Virus record (IMG/VR): IMGVR_UViG_3300026521_000226
Coordinates: 7,778 to 71,777 of that record
Origin: a virus
DNA: 64,000 nucleotides
Direction: 5' to 3' (one strand)
In this document: positions 10,276 to 21,214 of the stretch, piece by piece
How positions within the stretch are numbered: the stretch's first letter is position 1
Layout: each line of letters opens with the position of its first letter
The notes under the pieces: model-generated
Told to the model about the DNA's origin: nothing
Database searches by the model: none
The model's input: only the letters and a program-made list of their open reading frames with translations
Translations under genes and position numbers: made by a program

Positions 10276-12582
10276 ATGCCACAATCAATAATAAACACAC
10301 CAGCAAGTAATATATCAGTTGGTTCTACAAATGTAACAAAGTTAGATGCATCTAAAGTATTTACAGCAATGAATTCTACTTTAAATAGAATGAACCAAGA
10401 TACTAAATATGAAGAAGATAAACAAAGATACGAGCAAGCAAAACAAGAACAAGAGTATGATAAATATCTTAAAGAGCAAAAAGCAGGTAATTATTTAAAA
10501 CTTGAATTAAATTATAAAAAAGCTACAAGCAATTTAGATTCACAATTGGATAATGGAGAAATTGATATACATACTTACGAGAACAAACTAAAAGAATTAA
10601 CATCTCAAAAAGTTGATCTATTGGGACAATACGCTGATAAAGATGCAGCGGCTAAACAAACATACAATATGGAAAAATACATAAACTCTAAAGTTGGAGA
10701 AAAAATATATGATAAAACTACAAGTGATTTAATAGATATAATTAATGGAAGAAATGGAAATCTATTTAATCAATCTGATAGATGGGAAAACGCTCAAAAA
10801 TATGTTCAGAACCAAATAAAGAATGATCCAAAACATTCAACATATTACATGTCTGCATTAACTGAATTAGCTAAGACAACAAATGAAGATGAAAAGAGTG
10901 CAAGTAAATTAAATACATTATTAAAAATACAACAAAAACAAGCGTTAAGATCTGAACAAGATAAATATGATAAAAATAAAAGAGATCAAGAAAATTTTGT
11001 TCTAAACAATACACTAAATGACACATTAAAAAACATAGGTGAAATAAAAACAACAGAACAATACAATCAACTAAAATCAAATCTATTGAAAACAGCAGAT
11101 GAAAATGGAATGAGTGTTAATAATGTAAATAAATTTCTTACTGAAAAATTTCCAAATATAGCTGAAAAAATAGATAGAAATAATATAATAGATGCTCAAA
11201 AAACAGGGAAATATAGAACAACATTTGGCTCTGTAACCGATATGCAAAATGCAGCAAAAGAAGTTGCAGATATGTATGCAAAAGGAGATATAAATAAAGA
11301 TGTGTACGCAACAATAATAAATTCTTGGAAAATAGATAAGTCGTTACCAAAAGAGCAAGCAAAACTGATAAGAACACAAATTAGAGATTTAACACAATCA
11401 TTAGCAGATAATCCAAATGCTGTTGTTGTTAAAGAGAGCGCAGTAGAAAAAGCACAAAAAAAAGTACATGAAAAAAATATGCCATTTTATAAAGATTCTA
11501 AAGAATATAATACGATGAGAGCAAAAGCAAAAAATGTGTCTAATTTGTTAAAATATGACTTAAGTGTTTTTGATGCAAAATCAATAATACATAAAACAAA
11601 AGGATTAAGTTCTGATGATAAAAAAGCATTACTAAATGGAGATATAAAATTTGGAGAGTATTCAGAAAAAGGAGAACTTTATCCGCATAAAAAAATAGAA
11701 TTGAATCTTGGATCTGAAAACAGTTTATCAATGGTAGTAAATAATCATCTTGATTATTTAGAAAAAAATAATATCATAGAATATGATAAAAATGATAAAA
11801 GTAAAGTTATAATAAAAAATATTCCATTATTTAAAAAAGTTTTAAATGAAAATACTAAAGGTGGAATATTTAGGACCGAAAAAGGTGTTAATAGATTAGA
11901 TAATCAGAATCAAATAACAAATGTAACTTCAAATACAGTTGCTTTAAAAATAACACCAACAACTGAACAAAATATACAAAAAATACAAGCAAATTTCAAA
12001 AATAAACCAGATGCACAAAATAAAGCATATATGAGTCTTGTTAAAAAAAATGTAAAATATATGCTTAAAAACAATAAATCTATTCCAGATGAAAAAGCGA
12101 TGAATGATTATTTTATAAATCTTGGTACTAAAATTGGTAAGACAGGTAAAAAATTAGATGAATTTGTTGATAATGCAAAGGAAGAGTATAATAAAATATG
12201 GGCAACAAAAAAAGGTGTAACAGCTGCATTTACAAAAACAAATACTGCAGGAGTAGAAAGAAAAATATTCACAGACCCAAATACAGGAAAAACATATATA
12301 GAGTATGTAAACAAAGCTGGTACAACAGACGGTTTTGCTGACACATTTGATAGAGTATTTGTAAACAATTCAAATCGTTTGGCATTAAACTTTTTAGATA
12401 AACCATTAAAAGACAAATGGGATAAAATAAAGAATAACCCACAAGCAAAATCAGACTTTTTAACAGCTATGCTAAATGCAAAATTAGCATCAAAAGGTGA
12501 TACAACTAACCTTAGATTTAATATGGCAGATAGAGGTAAAATTAGAAATATAATAAAAGAAATAAAAATAAAGGAGGATTGA
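10276..12582 (+). CDS. Ejection protein (N4 gp51-like)
   Basis: 768 aa, helical, Cys-free, directly before the vRNAP block. TGGTATAAT extended -10 at 10227-10235. Confidence 0.55.
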   Translation: MPQSIINTPASNISVGSTNVTKLDASKVFTAMNSTLNRMNQDTKYEEDKQRYEQAKQEQEYDKYLKEQKAGNYLKLELNYKKATSNLDSQLDNGEIDIHTYENKLKELTSQKVDLLGQYADKDAAAKQTYNMEKYINSKVGEKIYDKTTSDLIDIINGRNGNLFNQSDRWENAQKYVQNQIKNDPKHSTYYMSALTELAKTTNEDEKSASKLNTLLKIQQKQALRSEQDKYDKNKRDQENFVLNNTLNDTLKNIGEIKTTEQYNQLKSNLLKTADENGMSVNNVNKFLTEKFPNIAEKIDRNNIIDAQKTGKYRTTFGSVTDMQNAAKEVADMYAKGDINKDVYATIINSWKIDKSLPKEQAKLIRTQIRDLTQSLADNPNAVVVKESAVEKAQKKVHEKNMPFYKDSKEYNTMRAKAKNVSNLLKYDLSVFDAKSIIHKTKGLSSDDKKALLNGDIKFGEYSEKGELYPHKKIELNLGSENSLSMVVNNHLDYLEKNNIIEYDKNDKSKVIIKNIPLFKKVLNENTKGGIFRTEKGVNRLDNQNQITNVTSNTVALKITPTTEQNIQKIQANFKNKPDAQNKAYMSLVKKNVKYMLKNNKSIPDEKAMNDYFINLGTKIGKTGKKLDEFVDNAKEEYNKIWATKKGVTAAFTKTNTAGVERKIFTDPNTGKTYIEYVNKAGTTDGFADTFDRVFVNNSNRLALNFLDKPLKDKWDKIKNNPQAKSDFLTAMLNAKLASKGDTTNLRFNMADRGKIRNIIKEIKIKED

Positions 12583-12586
12583 AAAA

Positions 12587-15500
12587 ATGGGATCATATGA
12601 AGATAAATACAGAACCAAATACTTAACAACAAATAGTTTATTAGAACAGTATGAAAAAGAATATATTGACCCTGATAAAGCAATGGTTGAAGGGTTATAT
12701 AAAACTGGTGTAAAAAAAGTTGATGATAGAGAGAAAATGGCAAATAAAATGGATGAAATATCTGATTCTGTTTTAGGTGAAAAATTAATTGAAGAAAGAG
12801 CATATTCGTCTGACGACAAAATGGTAACACAAGACAATAACACATATTTACAACAATTAGATGATGGTTCTTTTATTACAAGACAAAAGAGTGAATCTAA
12901 ATTAAATTCAAGAGATGAGCAAGGAAATCTTGATTATAATATGTGGAAAAATCCATTATATAAAAAAGAGGAAGATAAAAATAATTTAGACAATAATTCA
13001 TTTACACAAGCATATATAAATTCTAAAGCATCAAATAGAGAAATGATTACTGAGCAGATTGCAAAAGAAGTAAAAGCAAAACAGATATTGTTAGAAAATG
13101 AACAAGATCCTGAAAGAAGAGAAATTATTAAAAATGACATAGATGTTCTACAAGCAACATTATTTAACCCAGATGCTGCTCAAAATTACGACAACTATAT
13201 AACTGACAACATGAAGAAAGCTGATATTGTTAGCGCTATTGAACAAAGTGACGATTTCCAAAAAATAAAAGATCCAAGTGAAAAAAACTTTTTAATAAAC
13301 TTCTTTGAAAAAGCTAAAGATAGTGTATTTGATCCAAATAAAAAAGATCCATTCACATATGTTCTTATGGTTGAAAAACCAGATGGTTCTGAAGAGTTGA
13401 AAGTAGGTTATGCTAACGATGGTGGTGTATTTCAGAGATACAAAAATCAAGGTATTAAATTCAGAGTAATTGGATTACACCAAGGAAAAGATGCTTTAGA
13501 AGTGGAACAAAAAGTTCATTATTTGTTGAAGAAAAATGGAATAGCTTCAAACGTAGATCCATCTTTTGGTTCTGGACACACAGAAGTATACCAAACAGAT
13601 TTATTTGATAAATATCATGAGGAATTTGGAGATAAAGTAGCTGAAGCTGACAAATCATTTCAATCAGCTCAAATGATGACTCAATATCAAAAATACCAAA
13701 AAGGTATTCACAAATATCATGACACAATGGGATTTGCTTGGAATTTGGTAAAAACAGGTCTTGCAGGTGTTGATAGTTTACTTTCTGGTGCAGCAGCAAC
13801 AATTCTTGATTCGACAGTTGTTAATTACACAGATAGACAAAATGCTAATTCTATGTTAGGTCAATTTTCAAATATGCTTCATAGAAGAAATGAGCAAAGT
13901 GGGTACATTTGGGGTATAGATACAACTACTGCTCAAAACGCAAGCAAAGGAATACATCAAGCGTTTGCTGACTTCAACAGAGGAAATATAGGTTCTGGTT
14001 TTATAAATATATTTAAAAGTTTTCAAGCTGTACCTGAACTGATAGCAGGATCATTGGCTTATGTCGGTACTGCTATGAAAATAGCAAAAGTAGGTAAAGC
14101 CTTAGGAAGTTCAAATGATATGTTAAATACTATACTTGGACTTACTGCTATTGAAGCCAATCATGATATAAATATGGCTTTAAAATATAATAATGGACAA
14201 GATATCGGAAATGAAAAAAAAGCAGCTATAATTATGGGTCAATTTGTAAATCAAGCAATACAAATGGGTGCTTTAAATGCAGTATTAAAACAAGGAAAAT
14301 TCTTTGCTAAGTCAAAAGATGGAGAAATTATTCCTCTTGATAAAATTAAAGCATTAGATGAGCAAACGTATGGAAGAACGATTACAAGAGCAATATATAA
14401 ACCTGCTGGAATAGTAGCGTTAGGAGCATTAGAAGAAGGACCTGCTGAATTCATAGACACAGTTGCTCACGAATTACTACAAAAATCTGGTACTGAACAA
14501 TACAAAAATATGTCAAATGAAGATTTATACAAAAAAGTACTTCCTGATGCAATAGAAGCAGGAGTATTTGGCGCCATGATGGGATCAACAATGGTATCTC
14601 ATAGAGCTATAGGTGAAGCAATGGTGCCTTTTAGTGAAACTATGCATAGTATGTTTTACACAGAAGAGTACCAAAGTGATACACTTAGAAGACATATTCA
14701 ATCTATGACTGAGGAAGAGAGAAATCAGTTAGCTGAAAATCTTAAATTCTCAACAGAACAAATCGGTACAACGTACAAAGAACAAGAATCAATGATAAAA
14801 TCACTCCAAAATGGAGATGTTGATTCAGTTGTTGAAAATCTAATCAAACATTATAAAGTAAATATTTCTGATATTGAAGGTACGTCTAAAAATGATCTGA
14901 GAAAATCAGAATATATGAAACATTTCTCAACAAAAATGCTTAGCCAAATAATGGTGGATTTAACAAAGTCACCTGAACTTATGAATCTGACTTTTAATAA
15001 TGCAACATTAACAGGAAATACATTAACAAATGAACTAAGCAAAAACAAAGAATTACTTGCAGAAATAAGAAAACAAATACCTAATATAGATTCTAATTTA
15101 GCAAATATAGTACCAAATGAGATTGATGATCAACAAGCAATAGAACATATAATTGAATATATAACTAAAACTGAAGATTCAACAAAATTCAACAATATTA
15201 TGAAACTGATAACATCTGTGCAAGAAAACACTCAAGATGAACGTGTCAAAAGTTCAATGAGAAGAGTAAATGCAAGTATATTATCAGATATATTTGGTAC
15301 TACAATTAAAGGAAATGAGGCATTAGGAAAATTAAAACAATACATAAATGGTAGGATTAGAGTAAATTTAAAAGATGAATTAGACAAATCACACAAAACC
15401 ATTCAAATATTAAAAACAGCAGAGCAATATAACATTGGAGCACCAAAGATTAAAAAAACAGTATCACCTAAAGAAAATGCTGCTAAAAAACAAATGTATG

Positions 15501-16768
15501 ATGGCATTGCTAAAAATATACAAACAAATATACAAACAAAATTAACTGATAAAATATATAACAAAGATAAAAATATATCGTTTAATTTATTTGATAAAAT
15601 AAAAAAACTATCTGAAGATACTGCAAACAAAAAAATAGACATTGAGTCAGATTTACATTTTGAAAATATACTAAAAGATATAATTAGTCAATCAATGCCA
15701 AAAAATGTATTAACTAATAAAAATTTTACACAAGAATTCAAAAAAAACTTATCAAACAATTTATTGTCAACAGGAATTTTAGCTGATTTAACAAAAGAAG
15801 AAAAACAACTTATAGAAGATTCGATAAATGAAATAAATAATAGTGAAATTCAAAAAATTCAAGATAGTTTAAAAATAACTGATGATAATAAAATTGAATC
15901 AGAACCACAAGAACAATACAACAAAGAAAAAGAATTAACAGATTTAATAGATCAATATAAATCTAAAAAGTTACCTTTTGGTTCTGAAGTGAATAAAATA
16001 AAAGAATTACTTCCACAATTAGATACTGGTACTTTAGAAAGAATATATAATGAACGTAAAGATGATATACCATCAAAAATTAAACGAGAAATAGCAAAAG
16101 AACTAAGAAATAGAGAAAGAGGAAAAGCACTATTAAGTTCTGCTATGTTAGATGCATTAGGCAAATCAAGTGTAAGCATTGATTTTACAAAAGAAAAACC
16201 TAATAGTATTATAGCTTATATAGAAACATCACTATATTCTGGAGAACCAGATGTAGATGAACTTTATAAAGCAATAAATGCATTAGAAGATAAAGCTAAA
16301 GAAGAAGAAAATGATAAAAAAAGAAAAGCATTAGAAGGTAAAATAAATGAATTAAAATCAAAAATAAAGAATTTTGAAGATAGTCAAGTTAAGGAAAATA
16401 TAAAATCTCAAATGAAGAATGAAAATTCTGCAATTAGAGAAACAATCAGATTCGTTGATGATTTTAAGAAATACTTCAAAAATAATGATTTAGACTACAA
16501 AAAGCTTACAGAATATATAAATTCTAATGAAGTTGGAAGTTTAGATGAGTTGTTAGCACAAACAGGTTTAGAAGTTGAATTGCAGAACCAAATAGATGAG
16601 CTTAGAAAGTTTATCGAGAAATATAACAAAGATAATGAAAAAGTTGATATACTTACGCAACAAATGAAAGATTTAAACAAAAGAAGTTTATTTGCTTATA
16701 TTTCAAATACAAATAATGAATTAAGTGAAGAAGATAGAAAAACAGCAGAAGAAATCTGTGGAATATGA
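12587..16768 (+). CDS. Virion RNA polymerase region, piece 1 (putative injection domain; contains a GIY-YIG-like segment)
   Basis: 1393 aa; Gly/Ala-rich amphipathic helices (ALEEGPAEF, AGVFGAMMG); single Cys in the terminal ICGI. Confidence 0.65.
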   Translation: MGSYEDKYRTKYLTTNSLLEQYEKEYIDPDKAMVEGLYKTGVKKVDDREKMANKMDEISDSVLGEKLIEERAYSSDDKMVTQDNNTYLQQLDDGSFITRQKSESKLNSRDEQGNLDYNMWKNPLYKKEEDKNNLDNNSFTQAYINSKASNREMITEQIAKEVKAKQILLENEQDPERREIIKNDIDVLQATLFNPDAAQNYDNYITDNMKKADIVSAIEQSDDFQKIKDPSEKNFLINFFEKAKDSVFDPNKKDPFTYVLMVEKPDGSEELKVGYANDGGVFQRYKNQGIKFRVIGLHQGKDALEVEQKVHYLLKKNGIASNVDPSFGSGHTEVYQTDLFDKYHEEFGDKVAEADKSFQSAQMMTQYQKYQKGIHKYHDTMGFAWNLVKTGLAGVDSLLSGAAATILDSTVVNYTDRQNANSMLGQFSNMLHRRNEQSGYIWGIDTTTAQNASKGIHQAFADFNRGNIGSGFINIFKSFQAVPELIAGSLAYVGTAMKIAKVGKALGSSNDMLNTILGLTAIEANHDINMALKYNNGQDIGNEKKAAIIMGQFVNQAIQMGALNAVLKQGKFFAKSKDGEIIPLDKIKALDEQTYGRTITRAIYKPAGIVALGALEEGPAEFIDTVAHELLQKSGTEQYKNMSNEDLYKKVLPDAIEAGVFGAMMGSTMVSHRAIGEAMVPFSETMHSMFYTEEYQSDTLRRHIQSMTEEERNQLAENLKFSTEQIGTTYKEQESMIKSLQNGDVDSVVENLIKHYKVNISDIEGTSKNDLRKSEYMKHFSTKMLSQIMVDLTKSPELMNLTFNNATLTGNTLTNELSKNKELLAEIRKQIPNIDSNLANIVPNEIDDQQAIEHIIEYITKTEDSTKFNNIMKLITSVQENTQDERVKSSMRRVNASILSDIFGTTIKGNEALGKLKQYINGRIRVNLKDELDKSHKTIQILKTAEQYNIGAPKIKKTVSPKENAAKKQMYDGIAKNIQTNIQTKLTDKIYNKDKNISFNLFDKIKKLSEDTANKKIDIESDLHFENILKDIISQSMPKNVLTNKNFTQEFKKNLSNNLLSTGILADLTKEEKQLIEDSINEINNSEIQKIQDSLKITDDNKIESEPQEQYNKEKELTDLIDQYKSKKLPFGSEVNKIKELLPQLDTGTLERIYNERKDDIPSKIKREIAKELRNRERGKALLSSAMLDALGKSSVSIDFTKEKPNSIIAYIETSLYSGEPDVDELYKAINALEDKAKEEENDKKRKALEGKINELKSKIKNFEDSQVKENIKSQMKNENSAIRETIRFVDDFKKYFKNNDLDYKKLTEYINSNEVGSLDELLAQTGLEVELQNQIDELRKFIEKYNKDNEKVDILTQQMKDLNKRSLFAYISNTNNELSEEDRKTAEEICGI

Positions 16769-16780
16769 AGGAGAAAATAA

Positions 16781-19700
16781 ATGAGCACTTGTGTAGATAT
16801 AGTTAGTAATTTACTTTCACAAATGAAAGATATAAAATTTGAAGATAGATACAAAGGTACCTCTTCAGATCCAAGGAAAATAACAAATAAAGAATTAATT
16901 GGAATAATGAATGGTTTTTTCAACAAAAAGTATTCAGATGAACAACTGAAAGAACATTGGGATGGTATAGAATCAACGTTTTCTCAAATTAAAATGTCAA
17001 CCTTAAGAAAAATTGTTAATGGTATTTTTAATAAAGAATTACTTCAAGAACAAAAAATCGAATATAGCGAAGATTATGGAAAAGATGTAAGTGAATTATT
17101 AAAACAACTTAATGGATCGGATCCAAGATTGCTTTCGATAGCAGTGCATCAACTATTCGGTACTATAAGTGAAGTACACAATGTTGTTACGAAAAATATA
17201 AAAGCAAGTGTTAGAGAGAAAATAAAAGATAAAGAAACAGGTATGTACCATCTGAACTTTAATCAATATGCAAAAGTTATAGGTAAATTGCTTTTTCAGT
17301 CGTATGGTAAAAAACCTGAAAATATTGGAGATGAGAAATTTATAAAAATTGGTACTGAAATTTTAAATAAATTATCTGACGCTGGATATATAAAAATTAA
17401 AGAATCCTCAGAACCAGAATATAGAATAGCATTAAGTCAAGCAAGGCAAGAACATGATACAGATAAATATTTGGGTGAAGATTATGAACATTCAAATACG
17501 ATAAAAGTAAAAAAAGTGTTTATGCTTGATAACAACAAATTTTCACCATTATTCATTAAATCCATTTTAGAACCAAATAGTGTTAAAGATGATATAAATA
17601 AATTAGATTCACTTATTAACACAGCAACTATACAAAATGATTTTGGAGGACGAACACAAATTGAATATATTAAAACAGATGATGAAAATGTAAAATATAA
17701 CGAACTTTCAGATGAACAAAAGCAATATCTTCAAAACAAAATAACACTTAAATATTTTTCAAAAATAAACAAAATAATTATTCCACAAAATATTACACAC
17801 ATGAGAAAACACTCAATTATGGAAGATGATAATGTAGATGGTATATCAACGGAAGAAAAATTAAAAAAAGAATCAGATATGGCACTTACAGGAATAATTG
17901 AACAAGCTGTAAATCAAATTGAAAAAAAAGCATATTATATAGATGAGGATTTATTACAAACATTGACTCCATTCGTAAGAGATTTGTATGATATAAAGCA
18001 AAAAGAAGGAGAATTTAATTACTTTACGTTTATAAATAATTCTGGTGTTAAAGAATTTTTAGGTCTTGAAAATTATGAAGTAACTAATTTAACATTAAGC
18101 GAAATTGAGTCAAAATCTGGGTCTGATAGAACCAAATTAGATAACTTCCTCCAGATGGTATCAGCATTTGTTGATGAGATAGAAGAATTTGAAAAAGAAA
18201 AAGAAAAAAAATTTGATTTTGAAAATGACACATTGAATAATGAATTTTTCATAGGAAAATTTAGAGGTAGGAATGCAAGAACATATTTAACAGAAATAAG
18301 CTTTAATCCTGAAACTGATAAGCATTTTACAAGAAAATTCACAAATGTCACAAAAGATGGTGTTGAAATAAACTTATTAGACAAAAATAATAAATTAACA
18401 ATAGAAGCAGCTTATGTATTTACTCATTTGTTACATGAAGTACTTGATGTAAAAGGTTCTGAAAATAAATTTATTAAAGCATTTATTGATAAAAATCTTG
18501 AATCTCTTCCAGAACAATTTGAAGAAGGTTCATTTGAATATTATTTATTTGGCTCTTTATCAGCAATGATAGGATTAGACAATAAGAAATTAGACATAAA
18601 CAATATTAATAGTATAAGAACTGAAATCGAACTTATGATGGCTAACGATAAAATAAATACTCAAACAAGAGAAAAATATATGAGTAAATTAACATCAATA
18701 AAAATGATTCAGATGCTTAAATTTGCAAGAGAGTATAATAAATATAAAGAAACAGGTGTATTTAAAACAAAAACTGCACCAGAACTTGATGCAAATTCAT
18801 CAGGTATTATGATTAAAATTATGCAAGCACACAACTCTGGCTCTAAAAAAGCAGAAGAAGTATTGTATAGATTTGGTACTATACCAAGAAAAAACAAATA
18901 TATAGATAAATCAACAGAAGGACAACCTGGTGGATATTTAGCAGGTCCATATGAACTTATTATGGAAAAAATGGATAATATGTTCAATTTAAAAAGTACC
19001 AAAGAGAAAACTACAAATAAATTTGACAACATTGGAAATAAAGTTATTAATCTTAGTGGTGTCCAAAAAATACCTGAAAAACATAAAAGAAAAACAGATA
19101 AAGGCATAAGTGAAATATCTAAAGAAAATGTACTGTTAGCACAACAAATATGGAATGAATATAGTAATAAATTAGGTATAAGTAAAAGGGACTTAGCAAA
19201 ATATCCAACAATGATTATTGGTGCATATAACATGGCTCCTACTGCAGCAGCAAAAGAAAATGTTGCAAAACCTATGTATGATGACATGAAAAAATTATGG
19301 TATAAAAATCCAGAATTATTTCAAGATTTTTTAAATTTGATTAATGCGAGTTTTAAAGAACATAAAATATTTAACAATACAGATATAAAACAATATTTAA
19401 ATATTGAAAATTTAACAAAAGACAAATTATCTGAATTATTAGTTAAACCTAAAGTTGAGGAAGATATTCAAAATATATTAAAAGAATCAATAGGTAATGT
19501 ATTAGCATATACAACATATAATGAATTTACAGCAGGAATATTTGAAGAAGATAATGATTTAATGCAAGAAACTTGGAAAGATTTAAAAGAAGTGTATAGT
19601 GATGATAAGCAAATATATAAAGTTGCAGATATAAACTTATTAACTTCAAACGAAGATATAGATATAAATAAATTAGAATATATGTATGATGATAATAGAT

Positions 19701-21199
19701 TTAATAATTCAAAAAACTATCTTCATTTAACAAAACAAGTAAATGTGTGGGATTCAAAAACTGAGACAACAATACTTAAAGATATACCAAATTTACCTAC
19801 TTGGGCAGTATCATTGATACATGCATATGATGCACAGGCACTACATTTAGCAATGGTTAGATTTGAAGAAGAACTTAAAAATGATCCAGAATTTCAAAAA
19901 TCAAATACATTAACAATTCATGATGCAGTAATTATAAACCCAAAATTAGCACATAGATTTAAAGAAATATATAATCAAGCGTTATTTGAATTAAACAATA
20001 AATATGATAAACAAGTAATTTCTTTTGGTTCTTTTATGTTAAATATAAATAAAATGAGATATAGTAGATTATATTCAAAATTAAAAAAAGAATATAATGA
20101 TGAAAATCCATATAAAAAAAATAGTGATGCTTACAACGAAGCAAACGAATATACAAAAAAAAGAATGGAAGAGATAGATTCGAGACTATCTAAATTTATA
20201 GAACATACCATATTTGAAAAAGCAGAAAAGAAATGGGTAGAAGCTGATAAGTATGCAAAAAATGCAAAAGAAATTGAAGAAGCGTTTCAAGAATTTGTAA
20301 AAAATAAAGATATGAAATCTGGTAACAATAATTATTTTAAAAATGAATTTAAAGATTTTGTTAAAAAAGAAATATTTAATAAAAAAAGAAAAGAATTAGC
20401 TGAAGGATATAACAATCAGATTAAAAATGAAATAAAGAAAATTTTAACTTCAGAACCAAATGTGGAAGATTTTGAGAACCAAGGATTTGAATCTAAAGAA
20501 GAAGCAGAATTATATTTAAAAATTAAAAATAATAGAGATAAATTAATTGAACAACATAAAGAGAAATTAGAAACAGATCCTAAAAAATTTATGCAAATGA
20601 GTGGTAAAGTATTTGGAGATCCACTTATTGAATATACACATGAAGTTGAGCAAGAAACATCCAAAGAACCAAATAGAGGATTTAGAAAAATACTTCATAA
20701 AAAAACATTAGAAGCATATCAAAATATTTTAAATTCAGAACAAAACAAAATATCTGACATAATTAAAAATATTCTTGGTGACCAAACTGAAGCAAGCGAT
20801 AAAAATGGTATTGATTTAAATAAATTACAAAATTTAGATAAAATTGTAAAATATTTAAACGAGAATGGAAATGGATTTTATGATAATAAAAAAGCAATTG
20901 AAGAGTTAAAAAAATATATGTTTGTTGAGCCAAATAAAGTGATTAAATTTAATTCAGAATCAAATATGTCAATAAATCAAAATAAAGATCCAAATTATGA
21001 TCAAGTAAAAGGGCTTGCACACAAATTATTATATTTACATACACTTAACACTATACACAATAATATAAATAACAAATCAGAACTAAGTGAAGAAGAAATA
21101 GATAAACATGTAGATAATTTGCACGAATTTGCAAAAACACATACTGCTCAAGAAGTTATTGATAAAATCAATGAAGATACTTCAATATGCAAAAATTAA
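16781..21199 (+). CDS. Virion RNA polymerase, catalytic piece (T7-like single-subunit fold)
   Basis: Motif A PELDANSSG, motif B RDLAKYPTMIIGAY, IHAYDA and motif C IHDAV; lies in the virion operon like N4 gp50. Confidence 0.85.
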   Translation: MSTCVDIVSNLLSQMKDIKFEDRYKGTSSDPRKITNKELIGIMNGFFNKKYSDEQLKEHWDGIESTFSQIKMSTLRKIVNGIFNKELLQEQKIEYSEDYGKDVSELLKQLNGSDPRLLSIAVHQLFGTISEVHNVVTKNIKASVREKIKDKETGMYHLNFNQYAKVIGKLLFQSYGKKPENIGDEKFIKIGTEILNKLSDAGYIKIKESSEPEYRIALSQARQEHDTDKYLGEDYEHSNTIKVKKVFMLDNNKFSPLFIKSILEPNSVKDDINKLDSLINTATIQNDFGGRTQIEYIKTDDENVKYNELSDEQKQYLQNKITLKYFSKINKIIIPQNITHMRKHSIMEDDNVDGISTEEKLKKESDMALTGIIEQAVNQIEKKAYYIDEDLLQTLTPFVRDLYDIKQKEGEFNYFTFINNSGVKEFLGLENYEVTNLTLSEIESKSGSDRTKLDNFLQMVSAFVDEIEEFEKEKEKKFDFENDTLNNEFFIGKFRGRNARTYLTEISFNPETDKHFTRKFTNVTKDGVEINLLDKNNKLTIEAAYVFTHLLHEVLDVKGSENKFIKAFIDKNLESLPEQFEEGSFEYYLFGSLSAMIGLDNKKLDINNINSIRTEIELMMANDKINTQTREKYMSKLTSIKMIQMLKFAREYNKYKETGVFKTKTAPELDANSSGIMIKIMQAHNSGSKKAEEVLYRFGTIPRKNKYIDKSTEGQPGGYLAGPYELIMEKMDNMFNLKSTKEKTTNKFDNIGNKVINLSGVQKIPEKHKRKTDKGISEISKENVLLAQQIWNEYSNKLGISKRDLAKYPTMIIGAYNMAPTAAAKENVAKPMYDDMKKLWYKNPELFQDFLNLINASFKEHKIFNNTDIKQYLNIENLTKDKLSELLVKPKVEEDIQNILKESIGNVLAYTTYNEFTAGIFEEDNDLMQETWKDLKEVYSDDKQIYKVADINLLTSNEDIDINKLEYMYDDNRFNNSKNYLHLTKQVNVWDSKTETTILKDIPNLPTWAVSLIHAYDAQALHLAMVRFEEELKNDPEFQKSNTLTIHDAVIINPKLAHRFKEIYNQALFELNNKYDKQVISFGSFMLNINKMRYSRLYSKLKKEYNDENPYKKNSDAYNEANEYTKKRMEEIDSRLSKFIEHTIFEKAEKKWVEADKYAKNAKEIEEAFQEFVKNKDMKSGNNNYFKNEFKDFVKKEIFNKKRKELAEGYNNQIKNEIKKILTSEPNVEDFENQGFESKEEAELYLKIKNNRDKLIEQHKEKLETDPKKFMQMSGKVFGDPLIEYTHEVEQETSKEPNRGFRKILHKKTLEAYQNILNSEQNKISDIIKNILGDQTEASDKNGIDLNKLQNLDKIVKYLNENGNGFYDNKKAIEELKKYMFVEPNKVIKFNSESNMSINQNKDPNYDQVKGLAHKLLYLHTLNTIHNNINNKSELSEEEIDKHVDNLHEFAKTHTAQEVIDKINEDTSICKN

Positions 21200-21214
21200 T
21201 CGAAGGAGGATCAA

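Noticed and set aside
12108-12845. Long antisense ORFs (e.g. 12108..12845, 18709..19287, 7276..7674, 61151..61534)
   Set aside because: They are shadows of genes on the opposite strand, with F/L/S-rich composition and no SD.
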